Position numbers and translations under genes: made by a program
The notes under the pieces: generated by a model
Told to the model about the DNA's origin: nothing
Databases searched by the model: none
The model's input: only the letters and a program-made list of their open reading frames with translations
Part shown: positions 37,501-47,349 of the stretch, piece after piece
Numbering within the stretch: position 1 is the stretch's first letter
Layout of the letters: every line of letters starts with the position of its first letter
Virus record (IMG/VR): IMGVR_UViG_3300044638_006750
Span: 168,684 to 232,683 of that record
Length of the DNA stretch: 64,000 bases
Reading direction: 5' to 3' (one strand)

Positions 37501-37693
37501 TCAAAGTCTCACTATCAAGAATATAGCCTTCATTGTTGTATGACGTTAGGCCACTAAGAACGTCTTTAAGCCTTTTGTTTTCTTCCTCTAGTGTATTCAT
37601 GATATTTTCCGCTTGATTCAAAGCGGCTTGCAGATGCTTGATTCTTTCAGCTAATTGATCGTTCATAAATTCTGACATTGTTCTAACAACCAT
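37478..37693 (-). CDS. Coiled-coil hypothetical
   Basis: GGAGG before MVVRT; heptad repeats. Confidence 0.55.
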   Translation of the reverse strand: MVVRTMSEFMNDQLAERIKHLQAALNQAENIMNTLEEENKRLKDVLSGLTSYNNEGYILDSETLNEPVCSF

Positions 37694-37739
37694 GATTAGC
37701 CTCCATTTAGTTGATAGGTATACAGTATCATATACACCT

Positions 37740-38018
37740 TTAGAGGCTAAGTCCATTCAAGAAATTTTGTAAATCTCTTAGCTGTTTTTTATCCAGAACC
37801 ATCTGATCGGCGTATGGTTTTCTACGCAATAAAACATTATAGCAATACCTCAATCTCTGCCATAATGACATCTTATGACTATAAGAATCCGCATTTTCAT
37901 ATATGGCAACATCTGCCATATTAATGGTATGATCATATTCTATAACCAATAACTCGCTTTTACAAGAGCATGGTATGAATATTGTCTTATTTTCTCTTAG
38001 ATTTGTTACGCTTCCCAT
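37740..38018 (-). CDS. Hypothetical protein
   Basis: Probable start MGSVT; CSC motif. Confidence 0.5.
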   Translation of the reverse strand: MGSVTNLRENKTIFIPCSCKSELLVIEYDHTINMADVAIYENADSYSHKMSLWQRLRYCYNVLLRRKPYADQMVLDKKQLRDLQNFLNGLSL

Positions 38019-38083
38019 GTTTAAAAATCCTGTCGTAATTTTTAGCCCATGTTTTTGCGTCAACACTCTTTGGCCTTGGACAA

Positions 38084-38287
38084 CTACCCTTGCCGTTCTG
38101 GCTCATTTTCTTCCTCTGTGATATGCACAAAGCCATCTTCTTTTAGAAGATAAACCTTCCCAGAATCACCGTATATTTCATACATGTATGATAAATCCTC
38201 TTGAGGCATCATCTTATTGAGATAACCTCTTTCTACAACATCACCATTTTTCATTATTTCTACTCTGTTAAATCTCATTGGATTCAT
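38084..38287 (-). CDS. Hypothetical protein
   Basis: Overlaps the stop of the upstream gene. Confidence 0.5.
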   Translation of the reverse strand: MNPMRFNRVEIMKNGDVVERGYLNKMMPQEDLSYMYEIYGDSGKVYLLKEDGFVHITEEENEPERQG

Positions 38288-38994
38288 TCTAGTACATAGC
38301 TCCAGTACCTACTATCTGATTTATTTTGAAGAGCATCCCAATAGATCGACCTTGCAATATAAGATGGAACATTCAACTTGCCGCAATTAACACTCCAATG
38401 CTGTTCCATCCTCTTATACTTTGTTGTGCCTTCCTTACTTTTATTATAAGTCAGATGCTCCATGTTGTACAGTCTGAGTTGGTGAACATCCCCACACAAA
38501 ACCCTACATTCATTAGGATGTATCATTTCCAAAGCAAAACTAACTTTTGCCATACCCAAACCCACAATACGGTTGACAATCTCGTCTCTCTTCTTAACAT
38601 GATACTTCTTGGTTGTAAAATAAAAGTCTTTCGGATTCTGCCAAAACTGTTGACTAAAATTCCAAATATACTTAGTTCTATTATTATGCAAACCCACGCC
38701 TGAGTTAGCCAGTTTGTTTCTCAGAACTTCTTCACTATCTATCCATTGATCAAAGTCTTTAATGGCTTGATAACCGGAGCAGTTACCCTTCCAAGTAGTG
38801 TGAACAGAGCAATAAGCAAAAAGATACCTCCTAAAAATATCATCGGTATTCTGTGGTCGTACACTTTCCCAGTATTCCTTATACGATACAACCTTTTCTC
38901 TAGGAAAGTTTGCAAAAAATTCATCGGCCTTGCTCCTACAATAAGTTGTTTTCTTCTCTTTGTTTGTTTCGACCAGTTCCATTGTTTGCTCCAA
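38284..38994 (-). CDS. HhH-GPD-like DNA glycosylase/AP lyase (Ogg-type)
   Basis: GLHNNRTKYI, IVGLGMAKVSF (HhH with Lys) and LCGDVHQLR (catalytic Asp-His). Confidence 0.7.
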   Translation of the reverse strand: MEQTMELVETNKEKKTTYCRSKADEFFANFPREKVVSYKEYWESVRPQNTDDIFRRYLFAYCSVHTTWKGNCSGYQAIKDFDQWIDSEEVLRNKLANSGVGLHNNRTKYIWNFSQQFWQNPKDFYFTTKKYHVKKRDEIVNRIVGLGMAKVSFALEMIHPNECRVLCGDVHQLRLYNMEHLTYNKSKEGTTKYKRMEQHWSVNCGKLNVPSYIARSIYWDALQNKSDSRYWSYVLE

Positions 38995-39018
38995 ATGTCT
39001 TGTGTACCAATGCTATCG

Positions 39019-39047
39019 ATTCTACACCTGTGTGATCGACTTGTCAA
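39019..39047 (-). promoter_or_regulatory. Sigma70 promoter of the glycosylase operon
   Basis: TTGACA-agtcgatcacacaggtg (17)-TAGAAT, followed by GGAG and the ATG at 38994. Confidence 0.8.
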
Positions 39048-39100
39048 CAGCATTTCTTTAATCTCGTTTGGACCCAACACAAATACAAGTTTTTATTGTT

Positions 39101-39790
39101 TTAATTATCTAGTCTAAAAGTATCAACACCCGAAAAAGAAACATATCTATTATTATTTTTTTGAATAAAAATATCATTATTAGACTTAGGAATATTTTTA
39201 AATAAATCTTCTGTTAGTATAAAATCATAAATTGGTTTATATTCCATAGGTAAATTTTCATTCTTACAAGAATTATCGTTTAGAGTAAAAATAAAAGTTC
39301 TATGATTTATATGTTTATAATAAAGAGAATTATTTTGTCCAGGCACTATAAATACAACAATATAATTAAGACCAGGATATTTTATATCTATAATATTTAA
39401 AAATTTATCTATCAATAGAATTTCTTCTTCATAATTTTGTTTAATTATTGTTCTTATAAATATTGTGTTGGTTGTTTGATTATTTAATACATTATTTAAT
39501 CTTTCAATTCTACGATAAAAATCATTGATTATTTTTGGATCTAATAAATTATGATGATAAAACCCAAAATATTTTCCTCTAAAACTCAACCCTGAATATG
39601 AATAATTTTCTATTATATCTACTTCTAATTTTTTAGGAAAAAAATTTTGAAAATTAGTTTCGAAACAATCTATTATACCAGCAAAAGTTGATCTAATATT
39701 ATCAAAAGGAAGTGCTTGTTCGTATAAATTATTACCCCTCAAACTGATTGTAGTACCACACCACCCCCCTATAGAAATGAACTTATACAT
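39101..39790 (-). CDS. DUF1796-like putative papain-fold peptidase
   Basis: FISIGGWC, ALPFDNI, FYHH and FYRRIERL. Confidence 0.65.
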   Translation of the reverse strand: MYKFISIGGWCGTTISLRGNNLYEQALPFDNIRSTFAGIIDCFETNFQNFFPKKLEVDIIENYSYSGLSFRGKYFGFYHHNLLDPKIINDFYRRIERLNNVLNNQTTNTIFIRTIIKQNYEEEILLIDKFLNIIDIKYPGLNYIVVFIVPGQNNSLYYKHINHRTFIFTLNDNSCKNENLPMEYKPIYDFILTEDLFKNIPKSNNDIFIQKNNNRYVSFSGVDTFRLDN

Positions 39791-39793
39791 GGT

Positions 39794-40045
39794 TCAATCC
39801 ATTAGGTCTGGATAAAAATTTTCTATTCTACTATCCTCTATTTGTTTAGCAATGCTTGCTATAAGCTCTTCTATAGATTTTGCTTTTGTTGTATGCCAAA
39901 CATTTTGAGCTTGGTGTTGAGCCTTTACCTCTCCTATCCAATATTCTTTTTCTTTTCTAATGAAGAGACCTTTTTTGCCAATGATATCATCCAAATTCGG
40001 AGGGAATTGCTCTATTGTTTCTAATAATTTTTCGATTTCTCGCAT
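39794..40045 (-). CDS. Hypothetical protein
   Basis: ORF between island genes. Confidence 0.5.
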   Translation of the reverse strand: MREIEKLLETIEQFPPNLDDIIGKKGLFIRKEKEYWIGEVKAQHQAQNVWHTTKAKSIEELIASIAKQIEDSRIENFYPDLMD

Positions 40046-40051
40046 AATATT

Positions 40052-41206
40052 TTACTCCTTATGATTGACTATAAAAAAACTTTGATATACTTCTTTTTGA
40101 GTTAACCTAAATCTGATACCATAATTTGTAGTAAATTCTTCAACAGCCTGACAAACACCCGGAAATCTTTCTCTCATATAGTCATGTCCACAGATAAGAC
40201 CGTTATTTTTAACAACTCTTCTAGCTGCATTAAGTTCTTGTATGCATTGTTCGTATGTGTGAACAGTATCTATATATACAAAATCTAAAGTATTATCTTC
40301 TAAGGAATTTAAAAATCCAACAGAATCTTGTTTTACTACATGAATATTTTCATTATTAATAAATCTTTGTTTAACGTGATCAAATAAAATACTCCCATCT
40401 TGATATATTTTTTCTTTAGTCCCATGAATAACACCACTAAAAGTATCTACTAAATATAGTTTTTTGAATTTTTTAGTATCTATTAGGACTTTAGAAAAAT
40501 CTCCCTCAAAAACACCTAGCTCACAACCAACAATATCTTCTGGTAAGACACTCTTTATTTGATGTCTATAATCTATAAACCAGTATTTATCTACTGCATT
40601 TTGTCTATTTTGAAAATGGTTTGGTTGTTTCCATAGTGCAAAATCATCTGGTAATTCTAGTATTTGATCTTTTAATAAATGAGGAACAATCAATTTTTGA
40701 TTATATTTTTTTTCTAAAGTGGCACATAGTTGTATGTCATCTTCTAAATCATCAATAATAATATTTTTTAAATTTTTTTGTTTAGTGAATATAAATCTAC
40801 CAAGTAGAAAATCTACCGCTGTATCTTCATCTACATTAGTGATCCATCCCCAGTTTTTATAGGGCAAATATTTATGGATTTTTTTGCCAAAACCACCCAC
40901 AGCGATACAATCAGAGTTGTTATCTAACAACTTAATTAGTTCATTAAAAATTTCTATATCTTTAAATATTAAATCATCATCTAAAGAACACACAAAATCT
41001 GTCTGTGCTTGTTGTAACATCCACCATCTAGGAGGACATTTGCTATTGATGGATGATGTAATTTGCCAATCGATCCTAGAATCTTTGGGCCAGACTCCAC
41101 TATTATCCCATAGAAAAATTTTTACTTTTCCATATAAAAAATCGAGTATTTTGTTTAAATTATCTGGTCTTCGCCAATTCAACAAGCCTACTGTTAAATT
41201 TATCAT
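40052..41206 (-). CDS. GT-A glycosyltransferase fused to a class I methyltransferase
   Basis: LLNWRR, LWDN and SLDDD (GT); ELGVFEG, VYIDTVHTY and GHDY (MTase). Confidence 0.8.
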   Translation of the reverse strand: MINLTVGLLNWRRPDNLNKILDFLYGKVKIFLWDNSGVWPKDSRIDWQITSSINSKCPPRWWMLQQAQTDFVCSLDDDLIFKDIEIFNELIKLLDNNSDCIAVGGFGKKIHKYLPYKNWGWITNVDEDTAVDFLLGRFIFTKQKNLKNIIIDDLEDDIQLCATLEKKYNQKLIVPHLLKDQILELPDDFALWKQPNHFQNRQNAVDKYWFIDYRHQIKSVLPEDIVGCELGVFEGDFSKVLIDTKKFKKLYLVDTFSGVIHGTKEKIYQDGSILFDHVKQRFINNENIHVVKQDSVGFLNSLEDNTLDFVYIDTVHTYEQCIQELNAARRVVKNNGLICGHDYMRERFPGVCQAVEEFTTNYGIRFRLTQKEVYQSFFIVNHKE

Positions 41207-43058
41207 ACTTAAGTTTTTTCCTTTTTAATAAATTAGAATAGTATTGTAAAATTAATTCATTTGATGAGTATGAGTTTTTAGTTAAATGCACAAAAAGAAC
41301 AGGACTATCATCTTCTATAGTATACCATTTTTTATGATCACGATATGTGTGTATTACATTAGAATTCCATGGTGCGATATTACAGCCTTTATTTTGTGAT
41401 ATTTTAACTATATTATTATATTCTAAAGCCATAATATCTAAATATTTTTGATCATCAAATAACCCAGCTTGAAAATTTTTTTCACATTTCCACTCTACTG
41501 CTTTTTTCCACCAATTAATTGCAGGCAATCCCTGTTTGGAAGAACCAACAAATCCCGCATTAAAAAAACCATCAGTAAAATTTAGAGCATATTGATACCC
41601 TTCAGGAATTAATGACCTATGGTGTTTAGTTAATAATACTCCGTCTATATCATCAAAAAGAAAATTCCAATAGTTAATAAATAATATGTCACAATCTATA
41701 TATATAACTTTATCATATGATTGTAAAAAGTATTCAATTAAAACAGGTTTAAGATACCATCTTATAATGTCGTTATTTGATTTATATTTATCTGGTATGA
41801 GCCTATTAATTGCTTCTGGTAAAGACTGGAAAGATATTTTATTAAATTGAAACTCTTGAAATTGTTCATCTATAATAACGCTTTTATAATCGGAATATTT
41901 ATTATATTTCATTGCATTTTTTAAACATATTAAAGCTTCTTTTTTATAATTTCTATCAACAATAGTAAATAATAGTGTTTTGGTATTGGAACTGAATGGG
42001 TTGGAGATTAATAACCTCTCCTGTTCTTTATAATGGTCAAACCCTATTTTTTGTCTTTCTAACATTTTAAATTTCTCTATATCTAAAGTATCACCAAACC
42101 ATTTATAATGATTAGTAATAAAAGTTTGATAGAAAAATTTTATATATTGAGCATTATACACTGAGTGATGTCCTGCTAGAATATCTATTTTATAGTGCAT
42201 CAGTATGCATTTCGCTGAATCTGCCAACATTATATCTTTAGTAATATTTTTTTTAATAGGAAATTGCCTAATAATAGGCTGATATCTTTCTATATTTTTA
42301 GGTATGTCATAAGACATACTAATTCTATCTAATAATACTGAACGAACAAAATAAGAACCTGTTTTTATACATTCATCTCTTAATTTTTTAAAAGATTGAT
42401 ATGGGGATATATCATGAAATTCATCTAGATCAGCCACAACATACCAACATTTTGTTTGTGATTTAATATTGTTGATTCTTATAGAATCATTTGTACCATT
42501 ATGTCCTATCGGACTAGACATTGAACCATCATTATAGACAATAAACTTTAATTTATTTAATATTATTATATCTAGATTAAGAGATAAGACATATAATTTA
42601 ACAGATTCATCGCATATAAAAATAATATTATCTATATCTAAATTAGTATAGTGTTCTAAAAAATGAGGTAATAAATCTTTATATCTATTTGATTTTGAAT
42701 AAATATTACAAATTAAAATTATATCATTCGATACTACATCTGGAGAAGAATTATAATATTGTTCAGGATTGGTCGATGCTAATTTATCTTGATAGTTTTT
42801 AAAAAATTTTGAATTTGATTGACCGTATTTCATCCAATGAAAATATAATCTTTGTTTATCTGATATTCCTTGATCTGAACAGTAAGGCTGATAAAAATCT
42901 ATACATTCAGGATATTCTGATTGATAAAAAATTTCATCGAAACTAGAATCTAATATATTACTCTTATAAAAATCTTCTATCATAATAATTATCTTAATTT
43001 TTCCAGTAGGCTGGGGTTTAGTTTCATAAAATTTGAGCGAATATATTCTGGGCCACAA
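41160..43058 (-). CDS. Dual glycosyltransferase (GT2-like + GT8-like) with an N-terminal FDE.FY module
   Basis: HFLEHY..L and VADLDEF; YIDCDI, FNAGFVG, DDQKYLD and NIAPWN. True start is probably about 42983. Confidence 0.8.
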   Translation of the reverse strand: MWPRIYSLKFYETKPQPTGKIKIIIMIEDFYKSNILDSSFDEIFYQSEYPECIDFYQPYCSDQGISDKQRLYFHWMKYGQSNSKFFKNYQDKLASTNPEQYYNSSPDVVSNDIILICNIYSKSNRYKDLLPHFLEHYTNLDIDNIIFICDESVKLYVLSLNLDIIILNKLKFIVYNDGSMSSPIGHNGTNDSIRINNIKSQTKCWYVVADLDEFHDISPYQSFKKLRDECIKTGSYFVRSVLLDRISMSYDIPKNIERYQPIIRQFPIKKNITKDIMLADSAKCILMHYKIDILAGHHSVYNAQYIKFFYQTFITNHYKWFGDTLDIEKFKMLERQKIGFDHYKEQERLLISNPFSSNTKTLLFTIVDRNYKKEALICLKNAMKYNKYSDYKSVIIDEQFQEFQFNKISFQSLPEAINRLIPDKYKSNNDIIRWYLKPVLIEYFLQSYDKVIYIDCDILFINYWNFLFDDIDGVLLTKHHRSLIPEGYQYALNFTDGFFNAGFVGSSKQGLPAINWWKKAVEWKCEKNFQAGLFDDQKYLDIMALEYNNIVKISQNKGCNIAPWNSNVIHTYRDHKKWYTIEDDSPVLFVHLTKNSYSSNELILQYYSNLLKRKKLKYDKFNSRLVELAKTR

Positions 43059-44254
43059 CCATTTCTTTTTGTTTTATTTTGAACTTTTATATCTATAACT
43101 TTACATAAATTTTCTATAGAAATAGAACCATCGAATTCAAAATATATATCCTCAATTATTTTTTGTTTATGATCTGTATATATATTATTTTTAAATGTTA
43201 TTACCTTATTATTAATATATAAATTTTCTAATACAACATATGGACAAGGATCCTCTTCTGAAAATAATATAAAATAATCTATGGCTTTATAATAAATATA
43301 AGGAAGACTAACTTCTGGTATATGATATATATTATGCATTGATGGAAAATAGTTTGCGGTCCCGCCTATCCATAAAAAATTATATTGAGGGTATATTTTG
43401 GAGATTTCGATAAATAGATTGGGATTTTTTCTATTTTCGGTTTGTCCGCACATACCTATAGTTATTTTAGAATGATTTAAGTATCCATAGCTATTAATAA
43501 TAGCTGGAATATTTTTTTTGGATTCTGAATCTATTAAACTTAAAGTATCATCTAAAAATATTGGTTGCTGTATTTCTGGTCTATAATTATGTTTTATATA
43601 AAACTGGTTTTGTATTCTATCAGATACAACATATGTTGGCAGAATACCATATCTTCCGTATGCGTGTTCTGGTTCATGACTATGTATAATAATATTATTG
43701 TAATGATTATATAGTTTAATAAATTGCACAAAACAAATATTTATACCATTAATATAAAAAATCTTTGGCTGTAATTTTTCATATATATAACATAATAATA
43801 ATAAATTTTGTTTATATGAAATAATATCATTATTATTTATTTTGTATTTATTATATAAATTTACATTATATTGCGCATCTAAAATACAAACTTTATATCC
43901 TTGATTTTGTAAATATTTATATAGACTGAATAGGTGGTGGCTGGCTCCATATAGATTAGACACACTATTTACTAAAATTATACTATTTTTATGTTGTTCA
44001 TATTGATTAATAACTTTAAATAAAGACTGATTAATATTATAGATATACTTATTAACATTTAAAGTTGACGATACTTCGTCTTTAGGAAGACTATAATTCA
44101 TATAATGAAAATATAATCTATGTTTATCATCTATATTATTATGTTTACAATAAGGCTGATAAAAATCTTTTGTTTCCGGATATCTTGCAGCATAAAAATG
44201 CTCATCGAAGTCCATATCTATTTTATTGTTTTTGTAAAATTCAAGAATATCCAT
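42989..44254 (-). CDS. GT4-like glycosyltransferase with an N-terminal FDE.FY module
   Basis: YGASHHL, HSHE, GQTENRKNP, FLWIG and SEEDPCPYVVLE. Confidence 0.8.
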   Translation of the reverse strand: MDILEFYKNNKIDMDFDEHFYAARYPETKDFYQPYCKHNNIDDKHRLYFHYMNYSLPKDEVSSTLNVNKYIYNINQSLFKVINQYEQHKNSIILVNSVSNLYGASHHLFSLYKYLQNQGYKVCILDAQYNVNLYNKYKINNNDIISYKQNLLLLCYIYEKLQPKIFYINGINICFVQFIKLYNHYNNIIIHSHEPEHAYGRYGILPTYVVSDRIQNQFYIKHNYRPEIQQPIFLDDTLSLIDSESKKNIPAIINSYGYLNHSKITIGMCGQTENRKNPNLFIEISKIYPQYNFLWIGGTANYFPSMHNIYHIPEVSLPYIYYKAIDYFILFSEEDPCPYVVLENLYINNKVITFKNNIYTDHKQKIIEDIYFEFDGSISIENLCKVIDIKVQNKTKRNGCGPEYIRSNFMKLNPSLLEKLR

Positions 44255-44465
44255 TACTGCAAAACATTTTTAAGATTAATCTGAAATATTGTTTGATTTA
44301 GTTCTATTAGTTCTTTATTTTTTGTAGGTAGTATACTATATAGATTCGTATCTAAACAATAGAAAAAAAGTTATCTATGCCTAGTCGATCAAACTCCGTA
44401 ATTCTATCTAAACATTGTCCTAGATACTTAGTATTAGCAAAAATTACTATCCTATAGTTTGACAT
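44254..44465 (-). pseudogene. Frameshifted small ORF (GT77/nucleotide-diphospho-sugar transferase N-terminus-like)
   Basis: The ATG at 44465 lies 3 nt after the upstream stop and the TAA overlaps the next ATG (TAATG). The span is 212 nt; one extra T in the T7 run (44363-44369) gives a 70-aa ORF YRIVIFANTKY...GIDNFFFYCLD. Confidence 0.5.
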
Positions 44466-44468
44466 AGA

Positions 44469-45023
44469 TTATTCATGTTCATAACTTTCAGTAGACCAAC
44501 CATCCTTGGTTACTGTTACACGCACATGATCTCCAAATATAGATTTATAACAATCTTCATCTATAGATGATAGAATTTGACCAATATCTTCTAAAATAGC
44601 AAGTCTATTTTTGGTTTCGTCAATTGAGCCACTCTCTATGCGATTGATTTCATCTTCTAGATAGCTATAGCCATATTTTTCTTTTTTACATTCCTCTATT
44701 CTTTTTTGCAGTGCTGCTATCTCTTTCTTTGGGTTGTGTAATACATCTAAAAATTGTCTAAGTTCATAGGTGCTTTCGTCTTGTTCTGAACCATTAATAG
44801 AAATATAATCTGTATGGGCGCTAAAAACACACTCATCTCCATCATTAAAATATGGAGTATATTGAGTCCAACTAAAACTTTTAAGGTCTGGGTATTTTTT
44901 GAAAATATCTTTGAAACCTTTAGATATCAGCTTTGAACTTTCTTTTTGTGCCTGTTTTTCTAGTTTCTCTATTTGTTTTTGAATATCGTTGAGCTTAGAT
45001 TTAATTTCTTTAATATTTACCAT
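44469..45023 (-). CDS. Conserved phage hypothetical (WTQYTPYFNDG motif)
   Basis: FSWTQYTPYFNDGDECVF; coiled coils. Confidence 0.65.
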   Translation of the reverse strand: MVNIKEIKSKLNDIQKQIEKLEKQAQKESSKLISKGFKDIFKKYPDLKSFSWTQYTPYFNDGDECVFSAHTDYISINGSEQDESTYELRQFLDVLHNPKKEIAALQKRIEECKKEKYGYSYLEDEINRIESGSIDETKNRLAILEDIGQILSSIDEDCYKSIFGDHVRVTVTKDGWSTESYEHE

Positions 45024-45034
45024 TATGGTATCTC

Positions 45035-45439
45035 CTAGTCAAAATTAACAGTTGTGTATTTTTTGGTTTTTTCTATCTTCTTAAAACTATCAGGAATACC
45101 TTCCCTGCCATTGTTCATCCAGTTTTTAATTTCAATTTCTTGTAAATAATCTTGTGCTGTAGGAATAAATTTCATTCCAAAGTCTTCGAGAATATGTTGT
45201 TCTCCAATGTCTCTTACAGAAACTTCTCTACCATCACTATTGATTATAATAGGCCCAAAAATTTTTTCAAGTGGGCCGTCTGCTCCTATAAACCAACTAT
45301 TATGAGTCAAACATCTATGCCTATTATCACCAATACAATCTTTACTACTATCCATTAGATTATGAATAGGCATATAATCCTCTGGTTGTCCACCAAATTT
45401 TTTAACACTATTTTTAGCGTGAATCCAAGGTTTAGACAT
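45035..45439 (-). CDS. DUF6915-like protein
   Basis: PWIHAKNSVKKFGG..EDY..IH..MDSSK....DNRHR..THN.W and GEQHILED. Confidence 0.6.
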   Translation of the reverse strand: MSKPWIHAKNSVKKFGGQPEDYMPIHNLMDSSKDCIGDNRHRCLTHNSWFIGADGPLEKIFGPIIINSDGREVSVRDIGEQHILEDFGMKFIPTAQDYLQEIEIKNWMNNGREGIPDSFKKIEKTKKYTTVNFD

Positions 45440-46746
45440 TATACAGTCCTAGCAACCCCATGAAGGATTTTAAAAGTAGGAAAACGAAGACTTATACCAC
45501 CTTCTTGGTTTTGACTCTCACTAAAATATTGAACAGTAATAATTTTTCCTAGAATTTTCTTGGGATTCTTATAAAAATCTTGTCTTTGTTCAATACTAAA
45601 GCCCGACCCAACCCTAACAGGATGATTTTTATGCATGATGGTGACACAAGACAGCATAGTTTCCTCACATTCTGCCCCATCCTTAACATAGCGAAATGGT
45701 CCCATTTCAACATCGACTACTTCATATTCATCATCGCTAAAACTTTTATACTTGAGTAGTTCTTTACTTCTTTTCCCCTTATACGGAGCATCTGCCCGAA
45801 GCATGAGTCCTTCCCACTTTTCTTCGCTAGAATAAGAGATCAAAGACTCAAAATCATCGTCTGTATCAACCCGTACTTGCTCAAGTAAACTTAGACAATC
45901 ACACTCATTCTTTTTCATAATCTCTTTAAGATTATTGAGTCTAATACTGAACGGTCGATTCTTTTCTCCCTTTTTAGTATAAAATTCATCGTGAGAAATC
46001 ATATCAAAAATTTTATAAGAAGGATTCTGGATAGTATGATCTTTCTTGCGGAGTTCTTTCATTACTCCTTGAAAATCTTCATTACCGTCTTCATCAAGAA
46101 GGCACAATTCTCCATCTAATACTACATTAGATATACCGAGAGCCTTAATGCCACCAGCAACAATATCCAAAGTTTCAAAAGTTTTTCCCGTGCGGGAATA
46201 AAAAGAAGTGTTACCATTATCATCAACAACAGCAATACATCTAGCACCATCGATCTTCCGACTAACATACCAGCCATCCTTCCAGTCTACAATATTAGGA
46301 TCGTACTTATCTGCCAAAGCGACACTAAACTCTGGTATATGATCTGGTATAGCCTTATTAATAATTTTATCACCAGCACGAGTTTTTAGATCCTTATCAA
46401 TAATACAATGAATCAGCTCCTCGTATTCTTCATGCTGATCAATGAAACTATTAACAGCACCAATAGCATCATGGCCGGTAATAGAACGAGAGTTAAGAGC
46501 ATCCAAAAGCTTAAAAATAGTGTCATGAGTCTTACCTTTAAGAGAGAACTTTTTCTTTAGATTATCGCTGGTAACATTATATTGCCACAATGGATGATAT
46601 GTATAAAGCAAAATTTTCTTCGTGAAATTTGCCGCTTCACTGTTATGATTGCAATAATCCTCTATAATGCCCTGTTTATCAATAGTGCTACTAGTAGCAC
46701 GAAGATCCCGAACCATCCCCCAAACATAATCAAAATGATGAGTCAT
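45439..46746 (-). CDS. lig: ATP-dependent DNA ligase
   Basis: KIDGAR (motif I), LDGEL, IFD, EGLMLR, LLKYK and LRFPTF. Start moved to MTHHF after the CACAGGAG RBS. Confidence 0.93.
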   Translation of the reverse strand: MTHHFDYVWGMVRDLRATSSTIDKQGIIEDYCNHNSEAANFTKKILLYTYHPLWQYNVTSDNLKKKFSLKGKTHDTIFKLLDALNSRSITGHDAIGAVNSFIDQHEEYEELIHCIIDKDLKTRAGDKIINKAIPDHIPEFSVALADKYDPNIVDWKDGWYVSRKIDGARCIAVVDDNGNTSFYSRTGKTFETLDIVAGGIKALGISNVVLDGELCLLDEDGNEDFQGVMKELRKKDHTIQNPSYKIFDMISHDEFYTKKGEKNRPFSIRLNNLKEIMKKNECDCLSLLEQVRVDTDDDFESLISYSSEEKWEGLMLRADAPYKGKRSKELLKYKSFSDDEYEVVDVEMGPFRYVKDGAECEETMLSCVTIMHKNHPVRVGSGFSIEQRQDFYKNPKKILGKIITVQYFSESQNQEGGISLRFPTFKILHGVARTV

Positions 46747-46771
46747 CCAAATTTTCTCCTGTGTTTGTCCT

Positions 46772-46800
46772 AGTATAGCACACGACGATCTCTTTGTCAA
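46772..46800 (-). promoter_or_regulatory. Sigma70 promoter of the ligase gene
   Basis: TTGACA-aagagatcgtcgtgtgc (17)-TATACT. Confidence 0.8.
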
Positions 46801-47009
46801 GTATCGTCTATTCGTTTGCGTTTCTTGAACACAATAGCCAATGACTGCACCAAATCACTTCCTGCCGTTTGAAATATACACGGTAAAATAGCATGTATAA
46901 TTAAACAGAGACCGGCTAGAATACAAACTACACCATGAAAAGTAGCAAATTTAAAATGCTGATAATAAGTCATATTATTTTCTTGTATATGTTTTTTTAT
47001 ACTATTCAT
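46797..47009 (-). CDS. Small membrane protein (DUF6356-like)
   Basis: KHIQENNMTYYQHFKFA...IIHAILPCIF. Confidence 0.55.
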   Translation of the reverse strand: MNSIKKHIQENNMTYYQHFKFATFHGVVCILAGLCLIIHAILPCIFQTAGSDLVQSLAIVFKKRKRIDDT

Positions 47010-47349
47010 ATCTTTTGGGTCTCGATAAAAAGTAATTCATAGCGTTAACTACGGATTGAAAGTTGTCTCCGAGCTTGCCTATCCCAGTATTACATGGTTC
47101 ACATAGCCATCCTCTAAAGCTATTATCTTCATGATCGTGGTCTAAGCACCATTTGTATGGTATTTTTCCGCAACACTCACAGACTTCTGGTTTTGGTGGT
47201 GCCTTTTTGTGTAATTTGTTTCTCACCTTCGATTGTTTTTTTACACATTTTCTACATCTGCTATCTAGATTGTCTTTGTACATACTATGTTTGGGAAAAC
47301 TAGCTTTATTTTTTCTTTTACCGCAGTACGAACAAATTTTTCTAGTCAT
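47002..47349 (-). CDS. Endonuclease VII-like protein
   Basis: CECCG...LDHDH....RGWLC..CNTGIG..GD; N-terminal Zn finger. Confidence 0.85.
   Translation of the reverse strand: MTRKICSYCGKRKNKASFPKHSMYKDNLDSRCRKCVKKQSKVRNKLHKKAPPKPEVCECCGKIPYKWCLDHDHEDNSFRGWLCEPCNTGIGKLGDNFQSVVNAMNYFLSRPKRYE

Noticed and set aside
38739-39080. 113-aa minus-strand ORF MLGPNEIKEM...
   Set aside because: It overlaps the glycosylase out of frame, and its 5' part is the TTGACA/TAGAAT promoter plus leader.
46747-46800. N-terminal extension of the ligase (MTKRSSC...)
   Set aside because: The region is the promoter and CACAGGAG RBS; the true start is probably 46746.
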